A stretch of DNA of 64,000 bases from Patescibacteria group bacterium (lineage in GTDB: Bacteria; Patescibacteriota; Microgenomatia; UBA8517), in NCBI GenBank assembly GCA_036381415.1, contig DASVCV010000004.1, positions 33,572 through 97,571 of the forward strand, given 5' to 3'. Each line of letters opens with the position of its first letter. Positions within the stretch are counted from its first letter, which is position 1. Below the pieces are notes generated by a model. The model had not been told where the DNA came from, did not search any database, and was given only the letters and a program-made list of their open reading frames with translations. Position numbers and translations under genes: made by a program. Positions 17,885-27,814 of this stretch are shown here, piece by piece.

Positions 17885-19021
17885 TTAGTTTAATAAATCA
17901 TTTAATTGGCCATTAATTTTTGATATGTATCTTTCATAACCTGATTCTTTAGCAATAGCCATTGCTTTTGATCCTATATATTGAATATGACCTTTATTCA
18001 CTTTTGACTTAGAAGATTGTACAATTTCCATCTCTGCACAAGCAAGCTGAACCTCTTTTGTTTTGAGTTGGACATCGTCATTTTCGTACACTTTTTTTGC
18101 TTTTTGAAGCATATCATATGCAGCTTTAGTTCTATTTAAACTTGCCTCAGAGCGGCAAATACCTTCAAGAAACTGAAATTGAAGGTTAGCATCATATCTT
18201 GGCAAATCTAGAAGTATTTTTTTGCTTAAACTATCATATTCTTTTTCTTTTCCTAGGTAGGCAAGACATAATGTGCTTTCTCTTAAAGGAAGAGAAATGT
18301 ATTCTAGCTTTGAGGTTTTGGTTGCACCTAACTTAAAAAGAGATAAAGCAATTTCATGCTTTTTATCAATGTAATATGCACTTCCAAGCCTGAAGTCTGC
18401 TAATCCTAAAAGGTCTTTATTTTTTAACTGGCTACCAATTGATTTTAACTGTCTTGAGTGCTTTAGAGTTGAAGTTAAGAAATCTTTTTGATTTTGAAAT
18501 TGACTTGCAAGATTGCTCTGTCTAAAAATCAATTCTGCAAGTAGTTCAAGGAGTTTTTTTCTATTTTTTAAGCTTCTTGTTTTTCCCATCTGGTTTTTGA
18601 TTCTTACATACAACTCATCTGACCACTCATATGCTACTAGGGTGACGCTAGCTAACATCAACTCATTTATTTTTGAAACATTGTGTTCAAGAAGTTCTAC
18701 TATTAATCTTTCATCTTTTTCAAAAAAAGAAGGGTCAATGCTATACCTGGATGCAATTTCTAAAAAAATTTCATTTTCCAGCTGCCTATACTGTCTGGCT
18801 GGAATTTTTAGAATTGAAGCAAATACTTTCAGTTGATTGAGGTTCAAAATTCTTTCTCCATTTATAACTCTGGATAAAACACTTGGATCGATTTCCTTAT
18901 ACCCTCGTTTCTCCCACATTTCCCAAGCTAATTTATTAAGTGACATTCCATTTGAGAAGACGATGCGGTTACCTTTACGTAAGTAATATTTTTGAAGAAG
19001 TGTTGCGAGCTTACTTTCCAA
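17885..19021 (-). CDS. Xre/Cro-like HTH plus TPR-like helical repeat protein
   Basis: MSLNKLA...IDPSVLSRVINGER HTH followed by all-helical TPR-like repeats. Confidence 0.65.
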   Translation of the reverse strand: MESKLATLLQKYYLRKGNRIVFSNGMSLNKLAWEMWEKRGYKEIDPSVLSRVINGERILNLNQLKVFASILKIPARQYRQLENEIFLEIASRYSIDPSFFEKDERLIVELLEHNVSKINELMLASVTLVAYEWSDELYVRIKNQMGKTRSLKNRKKLLELLAELIFRQSNLASQFQNQKDFLTSTLKHSRQLKSIGSQLKNKDLLGLADFRLGSAYYIDKKHEIALSLFKLGATKTSKLEYISLPLRESTLCLAYLGKEKEYDSLSKKILLDLPRYDANLQFQFLEGICRSEASLNRTKAAYDMLQKAKKVYENDDVQLKTKEVQLACAEMEIVQSSKSKVNKGHIQYIGSKAMAIAKESGYERYISKINGQLNDLLN

Positions 19022-19066
19022 CTTGCTGTTTATTTTAACACAAAAATTTTTTAATAAAAGCAGAAC

Positions 19067-19372
19067 TTATTTACTTTTTTTGTTTTGATTTTCTTTCAAT
19101 TGTTTAAGCTTCCACATAAAAAGTCTACCTTTGCTTTTTGCATTGTAGGCATCTGCAACATATGAGCGAGCGTCTTCCATTATTCTTCTTGGAGTGGTTT
19201 TGGCAAGTTTTATGTAGAGTGCTTTGTGTTTTAAATCATCAAGTTCAACTGCCAAATCATAACCATATTTTTGAAATTCTGCGGATACATATTTATCTCT
19301 GTCATTTTGAGAATCATACTTTTTCAAAATGTCTCCAATCTGTGAGAAGTTTTTGTTTCTTACTATTGCCAT
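19067..19372 (-). CDS. hypothetical protein coupled to pth
   Basis: Overlaps the pth stop; helical, EFQKYG...LYIKLAK...LFMWKLK. Confidence 0.7.
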   Translation of the reverse strand: MAIVRNKNFSQIGDILKKYDSQNDRDKYVSAEFQKYGYDLAVELDDLKHKALYIKLAKTTPRRIMEDARSYVADAYNAKSKGRLFMWKLKQLKENQNKKSK

Positions 19373-19914
19373 GTTTTAGTTATTTCCTCCACTATTTTAC
19401 TAATCACAATTCCCAATTTTTCTTCTTCATCTTTTGCAAAATTTTGAAGAACATATACTTCTCCGGGAACTCTTAAGTTTTGGTCTCTATTATCAACTCC
19501 AACTCTAATTCTTACAAAATCATTGCTTCCTAATTCGTTTTCTACTGAGAGTAGCCCATTATGAAGGGCGGGCCCTTTTGCTTTTTGGATTTTATATTCT
19601 CCAAGAGGAATATCTAAATCATCATGAATAATATACAAATCATTTAAAGGTGTTTTAAACCTTCCAATTAATCTTTTTACAGCTAAGCCTGAGTCATTCA
19701 TAAAGACAAGGGGTTTTGCTAGTAATGCATGAGGAGGATATTCAATAACAGTTGCTTGTAATAATTTAATTTGAGATCTTTGAGACAACGGAATAACTTT
19801 TTTATGCTCCCCTTCCATGTAGGCATTTAGGGAATCAATTACCATAAAGCCTACATTGTGCCGATTCTTTGCATAAGAATCACCGGGGTTACCGAGACCT
19901 ACAAACATCTTCAT
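19363..19914 (-). CDS. pth: peptidyl-tRNA hydrolase
   Basis: GLGNPG, NRHNVGF, MNDSG, HDDLD and HNG motifs. Confidence 0.96.
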   Translation of the reverse strand: MKMFVGLGNPGDSYAKNRHNVGFMVIDSLNAYMEGEHKKVIPLSQRSQIKLLQATVIEYPPHALLAKPLVFMNDSGLAVKRLIGRFKTPLNDLYIIHDDLDIPLGEYKIQKAKGPALHNGLLSVENELGSNDFVRIRVGVDNRDQNLRVPGEVYVLQNFAKDEEEKLGIVISKIVEEITKTWQ

Positions 19915-19963
19915 ATAGATGAAGTAATTCTACCACGGAATTTGCTTAGGTTATATAAGTTTA

Positions 19964-20290
19964 TTAAACTTTTTGAACCATCTGTCTTGCAAATTTTCCA
20001 AGTACTGGTAGTTCCCACTCTTCACCTTGCCATGCTTTGTACATTAATACTAACCAAACTATAAATTCACCAATCCAAAGTAAGGGCAAAATTAAAGCTA
20101 AGATGATTGTAAAGCCTAAAACCATGTCTAATACTACAACTGCAATAGAGAAAACTATTGATTGCATAGCATGAAATCTCACATACTTATCTTTTTCTAA
20201 GGCCAAAAATAAAACTCCGCTTACTGGGCCTAAAACATAAGAAAGAGCTGCTGCTGTGTTTTTATTTAATCCTGTTCCGCTTGCTGCCAT
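19964..20290 (-). CDS. DUF4870-family membrane protein
   Basis: AAALSY...VRFHAMQS...KAWQGEEWELPVLG. Confidence 0.85.
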   Translation of the reverse strand: MAASGTGLNKNTAAALSYVLGPVSGVLFLALEKDKYVRFHAMQSIVFSIAVVVLDMVLGFTIILALILPLLWIGEFIVWLVLMYKAWQGEEWELPVLGKFARQMVQKV

Positions 20291-20347
20291 TAATAATCAC
20301 CTCCTTGTCTATTAATGATTTCAAAAAAGGCTAGCTTGGTCAATACC

Positions 20348-21733
20348 CTAAATTGATAATATTGTTTTTAACGTTAGGTATCCAAAAAACGAGAATGCTA
20401 GAAGCATTATTAAAACTCTAATTAAACTAGGCCGCACTTCTTTGTCTAAACTTTTAAGATTAAGAAATAGTGTAAATAGGATATGAACAAACATGGCAAA
20501 AGCATTAATTACTGCACTTAAGGTAAGAAGAAATAAAGGTTCTCCAAATCTTCCCAGAAATACGATTACTCCAAAGATTATTTGAGCCCAAAGAAAAGAA
20601 TAATAGATTTTAGGAAGATGTTTTGTTTTCCAACTTTCATGTCTAATTATTAATAAATTTTCTGACATAATTCTGCTTGTTGCATCAAGCACTGTCATTT
20701 GTGTTGAAAAAAGAAGAACACCTGCAATTAAAAGAAACATGGGAGCTACAAATGGAAAGGTTTTTTTAGCTATTTCATATGCTTCAAAAATGACAAAGTT
20801 AATACCTTGAGATGGAAGCATTTTCCCAAAAACAGAAGAGTAAGCCAAAAGCCCCAGAAGTAAAATAGTAGCTATACCACCCAACCAGAATACTAAAAAG
20901 TGTTCGATGTTTACTAACTTCCACCATCTTTTAAACTTTTTTAAATTTTCAATTGTCATTTCAAACCGAGTTCCTTCAAGTTTTATTTCCTCTACTTCCC
21001 CGGTCAAAATGCTTGTAATCCTCCCACTAAACTTTCCCATCCCATACCCTTTTTCTTTTATGTAAAAGGATTGGGCAAGATTTAAGTTACCACCAGCTCC
21101 TGAGAAAGCAAATGCAGCCAAAAATGAGATGATTGGAATATTGACAGGCAAGAACTTATATCCCTGTCCAGTTCCTACTATCCCTTGGATTAAAGAAATC
21201 CAGTCGGAATTTTTAGATATAAATAAGGTTATCGCTAAAATAAGAGGTATGGAAAAAAGAAGAATGAAAATACTTATTTTTTCTACTGTTTTATAGAGAA
21301 TAGATCCTATGGTTAGTATTCCACCCATGGCTATTAGAAATGCTATTGCAAGGATCCTGTAATCATTTAAGCCTAAGACGCTACTAATAAGGTAGGCTGA
21401 AGAACCTACTATGCCTGGCCAACCAAAACCAACAAATGTGGACATTATAAACCAGAAAGGAGCTACTCTTAGTTTTCTAGCAAAGCCTACAAAAATGCTT
21501 TCCCCACGAACGAGAGAGTATCTCTCTATTTCCATGTTTATGAAAAACTGTAACGTGACACCAAGTACTGCTCCCCAGATTATTCCCATTCCAAAATTTG
21601 AAGTTAAATATGGCCAAAGAATTAATTCTCCACTTCCTAATCCAAGGCCCAGTAGAATAAAGCTTGGTCCAAGAAGCTTCCTAAAACTTGGAGGAGAAGG
21701 CATATCTTTTACTTTGTGTTTTTCTAGATTCAC
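20348..21733 (-). CDS. Nramp/MntH-like (APC superfamily) transporter
   Basis: LGPSFILLGLGLGSGELILWP; about 11 TM helices. Confidence 0.8.
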   Translation of the reverse strand: MNLEKHKVKDMPSPPSFRKLLGPSFILLGLGLGSGELILWPYLTSNFGMGIIWGAVLGVTLQFFINMEIERYSLVRGESIFVGFARKLRVAPFWFIMSTFVGFGWPGIVGSSAYLISSVLGLNDYRILAIAFLIAMGGILTIGSILYKTVEKISIFILLFSIPLILAITLFISKNSDWISLIQGIVGTGQGYKFLPVNIPIISFLAAFAFSGAGGNLNLAQSFYIKEKGYGMGKFSGRITSILTGEVEEIKLEGTRFEMTIENLKKFKRWWKLVNIEHFLVFWLGGIATILLLGLLAYSSVFGKMLPSQGINFVIFEAYEIAKKTFPFVAPMFLLIAGVLLFSTQMTVLDATSRIMSENLLIIRHESWKTKHLPKIYYSFLWAQIIFGVIVFLGRFGEPLFLLTLSAVINAFAMFVHILFTLFLNLKSLDKEVRPSLIRVLIMLLAFSFFGYLTLKTILSI

Positions 21734-21755
21734 TACACCATCGTAGCATATCTTT

Positions 21756-23459
21756 TTATTTCTTTTGAAGTTTATATAATCTTTCTATTTCTTTTGTGGT
21801 TGTTGCATCTTTTGCACTTTTATCCTCTCTTAATTGGACAAGGCGAGGAAAACGAAGTGCATATCCAGCTGTGTGATTGGGGCTTTTGGTAATATCATCA
21901 GCTGCAATTTCTACAACGAGCTGAGGCTCAACCCAATAGTCTGGTTCTAGGATTTTGGCTACCTCATATTCTTTAGGTTTTTGGTTAACTTTTAGCTTCT
22001 GAAGTTTTTCATTTAAAGATTTAAACTGAATATCTGTTAAGCCAGTTCCTACTTTAGTTATTGTCTTTATTTGTTCACCATCTTTAACTCCTACCAAAAA
22101 TTGCCCTAGACCAAAGCTTGCTCTTTTACCAAGACCTACTGTGTAGCCCATTACTACTCCATCTACAGTATCTGTTAACTTACCTTGGGTTAACTCTGTT
22201 TGCTTCATTTTTACCCAGCGCCACCCAGTTCGTCCTGGGACATATTCACTATCTATTTTTTTAACCATTATTCCTTCTAGTCCTTCTTTTCTTTTTTGAG
22301 CATATAAACTAGATATTACTTGAGGGTTATCTGTTGCAATTTCTTCATCTAATCTTAAAAGAGAATTTCCTAAAACTACCTTTTTTAAGATTTCTCTTCT
22401 TTCTAGGTAGGGTTTGTCCATTAGGCTATTTCCATTTACATACATGACATCAAAGACATAGAAAGTAATTGGAATTCGGTTGGCAAATTCATTTATCTCG
22501 TGCTTTCTTCTTCTGGTCATAGTTGTTTGAAAATCAAGAAGAGATTTTGTTTTTTCATCAATTCCAATTCCTTCAGTATCTAGTATTATTTCATTTGCAT
22601 TTAGATGCTCCCCTACTTTTTCAAGCTCTGGAAACATTTCTGATATGTCATGCAAGTTTCTTGTAAAGGCATGAACTTTTTTGCCTTTTTTAAAGTGGAT
22701 TTGAACACGAACTCCGTCAAACTTCGGTTCTACTGCAACTTTGCCCATTTTCTTAATCATCTCAGATGGGTTTCCTATTCTTTGAGCAAGCATTGGAGCA
22801 ATGGGAATTCCTAAAACTGGCTTGGGATTGGAAGTTGCTTTTTTAATTCCTAACTCCTTTACTTTTTTGGCAAGAAGTCCAATATCAGGAAGAACTTCAT
22901 ATGCATGTGTTAGTTCCTTCTTTCCTGACTTATCCTTCTTTTCATACCAAGAAAGGGCATCAATTATAGTCAGATCTGAAAAACCTAACCTTAATTTTCC
23001 TAATGGAATTCTTGCAACAAACTTTGCTGAAAGAGGGTCTAGAGACTTAAAAAGATTAGACATCTTTTCCACTCTTCTTTCTTGGCTTCCTTCTCCCCCT
23101 TCTTTGGCAATTTCAACTAATTTGTCATACACACTTGATACTTCTTGGCCATCTCCTTTTGCTTTGGCATATTTATATGCAACAGTTCCTAAATCTCCCT
23201 TTTCCCTATATTGTTCTTTTACTTTTTCAATATCAACTGAGTATGCTTTTGCAAGAACTCTAATCATCATTTGATCAGCGATATTAAATATGATGTTTCT
23301 AAAAGATGGAGCAAGAGTACCTAGTGAAAGATATACTATTTTATCAATTTCTTCTTTACTTGATTTTTCAAAAAGACTGGCAAGAATTTCTGTTATCTCA
23401 TTTCTTGAGGCTGTACTTTCTAGTTTTTGGAGGTAGTTACTAAACTCACTTATCTTCAT
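21756..23459 (-). CDS. lig: ATP-dependent DNA ligase (archaeal/eukaryotic three-domain type)
   Basis: Motif I EPKFDGVR, EGIMVK, WVKMK, motif VI LRFPR and an N-terminal DNA-binding domain. Confidence 0.95.
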   Translation of the reverse strand: MKISEFSNYLQKLESTASRNEITEILASLFEKSSKEEIDKIVYLSLGTLAPSFRNIIFNIADQMMIRVLAKAYSVDIEKVKEQYREKGDLGTVAYKYAKAKGDGQEVSSVYDKLVEIAKEGGEGSQERRVEKMSNLFKSLDPLSAKFVARIPLGKLRLGFSDLTIIDALSWYEKKDKSGKKELTHAYEVLPDIGLLAKKVKELGIKKATSNPKPVLGIPIAPMLAQRIGNPSEMIKKMGKVAVEPKFDGVRVQIHFKKGKKVHAFTRNLHDISEMFPELEKVGEHLNANEIILDTEGIGIDEKTKSLLDFQTTMTRRRKHEINEFANRIPITFYVFDVMYVNGNSLMDKPYLERREILKKVVLGNSLLRLDEEIATDNPQVISSLYAQKRKEGLEGIMVKKIDSEYVPGRTGWRWVKMKQTELTQGKLTDTVDGVVMGYTVGLGKRASFGLGQFLVGVKDGEQIKTITKVGTGLTDIQFKSLNEKLQKLKVNQKPKEYEVAKILEPDYWVEPQLVVEIAADDITKSPNHTAGYALRFPRLVQLREDKSAKDATTTKEIERLYKLQKK

Positions 23460-23465
23460 ATATTT

Positions 23466-24539
23466 TTAGTTTGATGCATTTATAACATATCTTGCAGCTT
23501 TTGTTGCTCCTTCTTTTTTAATTATACCCTTGTCCATGAGATCTTTCAGGTCACGAAGTACGGTGTCTTCTGAAACCATGGGAAGTATGCTTTTAAGATC
23601 TTTCATAATGGAAAATCCCTGGTCAGAAAGATATTCAACAAGTCTCATTTGACGCTCTGAGAGAGCTACTTGCTCACCAATTTTTACTTTAAGACGAGTA
23701 TCAATGGAAAGCTTTCTTACCTTTTCTTTTATTTTTGAAAGTTCAACAGCAACCACTTCTGAGAAATACTCAAGCCAGGGAGTAAGATCACGTCCTGCAA
23801 TATTTTTTGACTGAGTATCTACTACTGCAAATGCATCATAATAGGAAGCTAAGTCACGGTCAAAGTGTTCTTCAAGTGAGAAAAATCTTTTGATGTCATA
23901 TCCTTCCTTAAGAAGAACTAAGAGTGTAAATGCTCTAATTGCCCTACCGTTTCCTTCTACAAAAGGATGAATGGAAACTAAAACATAGTGAGTAATGCCA
24001 GCTCTAAGAACTGGATGAATATCTTGGGAGAAAGGTGAATTAAGCCAAGTAAAAAAATCTTCAATTAAATAAGGTACTTCAACAAAAGGTGGAGGAGTAA
24101 AAATTACTCTTCCTGTTCCTTCTTCTCTAATTACAACCTGGCTTGTTCTTAGAACTCCTATTTTTTCAGGAGAGACTATTTTTTCAACAACATATTTATG
24201 AATTTCTAAAAGATCTTTTGCATTGTAATCCCCTTTTTCAGTTCTTACTCTTTCTAAAACATTCATTGCATTTCTGTAATTGATTACTTCTTGGACATCG
24301 CGAGCACGGCCGTAAACTTCTTGGCCTTCAAGTACTTTTTTAGTTTGAATCATAGTTAGATCATTTCCCTCAATGTGGGTTCCATGATAGATAGTTCTTG
24401 TTAAAGCATCTGTTTGGAACTGTTTTTCAAAGGAAGGAACAAGCGGAGCATTTTCAATGACTTCTTTGCTGGCTTCAATTGCACCAATATTTTTTAATAT
24501 TTTATTTGATATTACAAACTTAGGAGCATACATAGCCAT
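23466..24539 (-). CDS. Fic-family protein with N-terminal inhibitory helix and C-terminal DeoR-like HTH
   Basis: HPFVEGNGRAIR Fic motif, GTHIEGN inhibitory-type motif, VSEDTVLRDLKDL HTH. Confidence 0.92.
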   Translation of the reverse strand: MAMYAPKFVISNKILKNIGAIEASKEVIENAPLVPSFEKQFQTDALTRTIYHGTHIEGNDLTMIQTKKVLEGQEVYGRARDVQEVINYRNAMNVLERVRTEKGDYNAKDLLEIHKYVVEKIVSPEKIGVLRTSQVVIREEGTGRVIFTPPPFVEVPYLIEDFFTWLNSPFSQDIHPVLRAGITHYVLVSIHPFVEGNGRAIRAFTLLVLLKEGYDIKRFFSLEEHFDRDLASYYDAFAVVDTQSKNIAGRDLTPWLEYFSEVVAVELSKIKEKVRKLSIDTRLKVKIGEQVALSERQMRLVEYLSDQGFSIMKDLKSILPMVSEDTVLRDLKDLMDKGIIKKEGATKAARYVINASN

Positions 24540-24569
24540 ATTTTAACGCAGATTTTGCGGAAAACAAGA

Positions 24570-25427
24570 TCAGATCAAAGAAGAAAGTGTCTGAGGGATT
24601 TTATTTGCTAGATCATCAGCATTGTAATAAACTCCTTTTTCTTTTTGCAGTTCATCTGCTGCTGCCTTAACTATGAAGGCACCTGCACAAGCTGAAAGGA
24701 GTGGATCATTTTTAGCTAATAGGGCGGCAGTTAGACCTGCTTGAACATCTCCTGTTCCCCCTTTTGTAAGACCTGGGTTTCCTCCATGTACTTCTATTAT
24801 TTCTTCTTTAGAATAAACAAGAGTTGTTGGACCTTTAATAACAATAATGCAATTGTATTTTTTGGCTGCAACTTCTGGATCCATTTTGCCAAAAAGAATT
24901 TGGTATTCTTTTTTATTAGGAGTAAGAATTGCATTGGAAGGAATCCAATCCGGATCCATTGTTTGAAGTGATCCTGCATCAATTACCCATTTTTTATTTG
25001 GAAATTTTGTTAAAAGGGCTTTTGTTATTTCTTTTGTTTTTTGACACTCTTCATCGCATTCAATATGCCTTTTTCCATTTGGAGTTTTCTCACTTCCAAA
25101 TCTCATAAAACCGGGACCAATTAAAATCGCATCTGATTTTTTAATATATTCCTCTTTATCCTCCCAAGGAATCCAAATAAAGGACATTAATTTTGATTTA
25201 AGATTTTGGGCAACCATTCCTACAGATTTTTCAGGAGTGGCAAAGAAAACCATATCTACAATTCTGGAAGCTACTATTAAAGGCAAAATGGGTGCTCCGT
25301 GGAAAAGGGAGGATCCGCCGATAATTGTTACTTGGCCATTATCTTCTCCATTTGAAGTGCCTGCAGGTTTAAAAAGTTTTTTTAGATTAGCTTTATCAAA
25401 ATGATGAACTTGTTTATTAAAAATCAT
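24570..25427 (-). CDS. nnrD: ADP-dependent NAD(P)H-hydrate dehydratase (YjeF C-terminal domain)
   Basis: IIGGS, IGPG, VIDA, LTPN and KGGTGDV motifs. Confidence 0.88.
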   Translation of the reverse strand: MIFNKQVHHFDKANLKKLFKPAGTSNGEDNGQVTIIGGSSLFHGAPILPLIVASRIVDMVFFATPEKSVGMVAQNLKSKLMSFIWIPWEDKEEYIKKSDAILIGPGFMRFGSEKTPNGKRHIECDEECQKTKEITKALLTKFPNKKWVIDAGSLQTMDPDWIPSNAILTPNKKEYQILFGKMDPEVAAKKYNCIIVIKGPTTLVYSKEEIIEVHGGNPGLTKGGTGDVQAGLTAALLAKNDPLLSACAGAFIVKAAADELQKEKGVYYNADDLANKIPQTLSSLI

Positions 25428-25460
25428 ATTGGTTTTATAATAGCATACCCGACCTTAGTA

Positions 25461-25720
25461 ATGGCTAAAAAAAAGGAGACAAAAAAAGAGAGATCTTTAA
25501 GAAAGGAAACTATTAATCAGTTGCTGAATTTAGTAACTGCAAGCTTTGGATGGTTGCAGCGCTCGCATGGAATCAAGTTATACAGGAACTTATAAATAAC
25601 TACATAAAGCCTTTCTTTGGAGGAAATTCAGGATTAATCTCACTTGTTATATATGCTTTAATAATTACATTGATTGCAGTAGCTATTACGTATTTTTTAG
25701 CAAAATTCAAGAAGGATTAA
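25461..25720 (+). pseudogene. frameshifted DUF5654-like membrane protein
   Basis: ...LVTASFG continues in another frame as VAALAWNQVIQELI...GLISLVIYALIITLIAV. One base is missing at about 25551 (GGA TG GTT). Confidence 0.75.
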
Positions 25721-25923
25721 TTATTGCTTTGGTCTAGATGGTCTAGGAGTCTTTTCTCTCCATTTAAACTTCTATTTTTACGTGGGGGCCGAATGGTAAA
25801 TACCGGTTCTGGTTGAATTGCTTCCTCATCAACTCGTTTTTCCTGGGTTTTGTCTAGTTTTGCTAGATCAAGAAGTGGTTGCTGATTTTCATCTCTGACT
25901 ATTTCTCTTGCCATAATTGTCAC
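25717..25923 (-). CDS. hypothetical protein
   Basis: Follows the recF stop; no motif. Confidence 0.4.
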   Translation of the reverse strand: MTIMAREIVRDENQQPLLDLAKLDKTQEKRVDEEAIQPEPVFTIRPPRKNRSLNGEKRLLDHLDQSNN

Positions 25924-26966
25924 AATTCTATTTTGATTAGCTCATCTGTGTCAAGGATGAAATGCGGATCAGCGGTTGTTATTATAGTTTGCTGCTTCTT
26001 TGCAAAACTTAAAACTACGTCTCTATGTTTGTCATCCAGTTCTGAAAATATATCATCTAAAAGGAGCGTTGGTCTTACACCAGCCTCTTTTTCAATGTAG
26101 GAAAGCTCGGCAAGTTTAATCCAGAGTACTCCCATTCGTTGTTCTCCCCTACTTCCATATTTTGCTAGATTTCTTTTTTTGCCAATCTCAAAGACAAAAT
26201 CATCTCTATGGGGACCAACAAGAGTGGTAGCAGCTGCTACTTCTTCTTGGGCATACTCCACAAGTCTTTCTTCACTAATTGCACTTTTGTCATACAAAAT
26301 AGTAAATTCCTGGTCTTCTAAGGCAGGTGTGGTATTAATATATGAAATTAAATCCTGTCTTTTTTCAGATATATAATCTCCATTTTTAATTAAGAGTTTG
26401 TCCCAGAAAAGAAGTTGAGAACGGGAAGCCCCTTCATCTCTTATTTTTTGTAAGATTCTGTTTCTTTGTCTTACACCTTTTTCGTATGAAAGAAGAGCAC
26501 GCCTATATTCTCTATCTACCTGGGACATAACACTATCTAAAAATTTTCTTCTGATACTTGGTGACTCACTTACTAAATCCAGGTCTTGTGGAGCAAAAAG
26601 CACTACTTTAAAAATTCCAGCAAAATCTATGAGTCTTTTAGAAATTCCTTTTACAAGAAGCTTTTTTCTGGGAGTTTTTTCATACCTATCATCTCCAACT
26701 GACATCTGGCCTTTTGTTAAAACAACTTCAAGAGTGGATTTATCTTCTAGAAGTCCTTTTGCCCTTGCTAATTCTTCATTATAGTTAATCATCTCTTCTT
26801 CTAAACTTGCTTTAAAACTTTTCCCAGTAGAAAGAAGGAAAAGAGATTCTAAAAGATTTGTTTTACCTGAGGCATTGGGACCAATAATTACAGTAGTATT
26901 AGGAGAAAACTCAAATACAGAATCCTTAAAATTTCTAAAATCCTTGAGCCTTATTTTTTGAATCAT
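25920..26966 (-). CDS. recF: DNA replication/repair protein RecF
   Basis: FRN, Walker A GPNASGKTN, GPHRDD, SRGEQR and LLLDDIFSELD. Confidence 0.96.
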   Translation of the reverse strand: MIQKIRLKDFRNFKDSVFEFSPNTTVIIGPNASGKTNLLESLFLLSTGKSFKASLEEEMINYNEELARAKGLLEDKSTLEVVLTKGQMSVGDDRYEKTPRKKLLVKGISKRLIDFAGIFKVVLFAPQDLDLVSESPSIRRKFLDSVMSQVDREYRRALLSYEKGVRQRNRILQKIRDEGASRSQLLFWDKLLIKNGDYISEKRQDLISYINTTPALEDQEFTILYDKSAISEERLVEYAQEEVAAATTLVGPHRDDFVFEIGKKRNLAKYGSRGEQRMGVLWIKLAELSYIEKEAGVRPTLLLDDIFSELDDKHRDVVLSFAKKQQTIITTADPHFILDTDELIKIEL

Positions 26967-27814
26967 TTAATCCTTTGGCAATTGGGACAGAAGTAAGTTC
27001 CGCGTCCGCCAACTCTAATCTTTTCTATTTTTTCTTTTTTGCATATGGGACAGATTGTTCCTTCTTTTCCATATGCTATAAAATGGTTTTGGTACTGTCC
27101 TTCTGTACCACCTGCTGTGACAAAAGAAAGCTCACTTGCTCCTCCACTTTCAATTCCCTTTTTCAAAACTTTTAATATATTGTCGTATAAAGTTTCTTGT
27201 TCAGAAGAGGTTAGGCTACTAGCTGGTCTTTTGGGGTGAATTTTTGAAAGAAGAAGGGCATCATTAGCATAGATATTTCCTACTCCACCTATTTTTTCTT
27301 GGTCCATAATTACAACCTTAATGGGAGTTTTAGGCTTAGAAACAATATTTTTAAATAAATCCTTGGTTAACTTTCCGAATGGTTCTGGGCCAAGCTTCCC
27401 AATGAATGATGATTTTTCTACATCTGTTGTTTTTATCACTTTAATCCATCCAAATTTTCTAACATCGTTGTAGTAAAGAAGACCATTTTTGTCTAATTTA
27501 AAAATTACGTGAGTATGTTTGTCACCCAAACCTTGGACTTTTTTAGATATTTGTGGAGGATTTGAAAGATTTGGCCCTCTATAAATAAGCTGGCCTGTTA
27601 ATTTAATGTGAATTACAATTGAGTATCCATTTGACAGATCAATTGAAAGAACTTTGGCAAAACGTCTTACTACTTTTATTTTCCCACCAATTAAGTCTTT
27701 TGGATTTCCTGTAAAAACTTTTGGAGTGTGAAGATCAACATCAATAATAGTGTGTCCAACAAGATATTTGTTTAATCCTCTTTTAACTGTTTCTACTTCA
27801 GGAAGTTCTGGCAT
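26963..27814 (-). CDS. mutM: formamidopyrimidine-DNA glycosylase
   Basis: MPELPEVE, GVGNIYA and a C-terminal CPIC...CPNCQ zinc finger. Confidence 0.97.
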   Translation of the reverse strand: MPELPEVETVKRGLNKYLVGHTIIDVDLHTPKVFTGNPKDLIGGKIKVVRRFAKVLSIDLSNGYSIVIHIKLTGQLIYRGPNLSNPPQISKKVQGLGDKHTHVIFKLDKNGLLYYNDVRKFGWIKVIKTTDVEKSSFIGKLGPEPFGKLTKDLFKNIVSKPKTPIKVVIMDQEKIGGVGNIYANDALLLSKIHPKRPASSLTSSEQETLYDNILKVLKKGIESGGASELSFVTAGGTEGQYQNHFIAYGKEGTICPICKKEKIEKIRVGGRGTYFCPNCQRIK

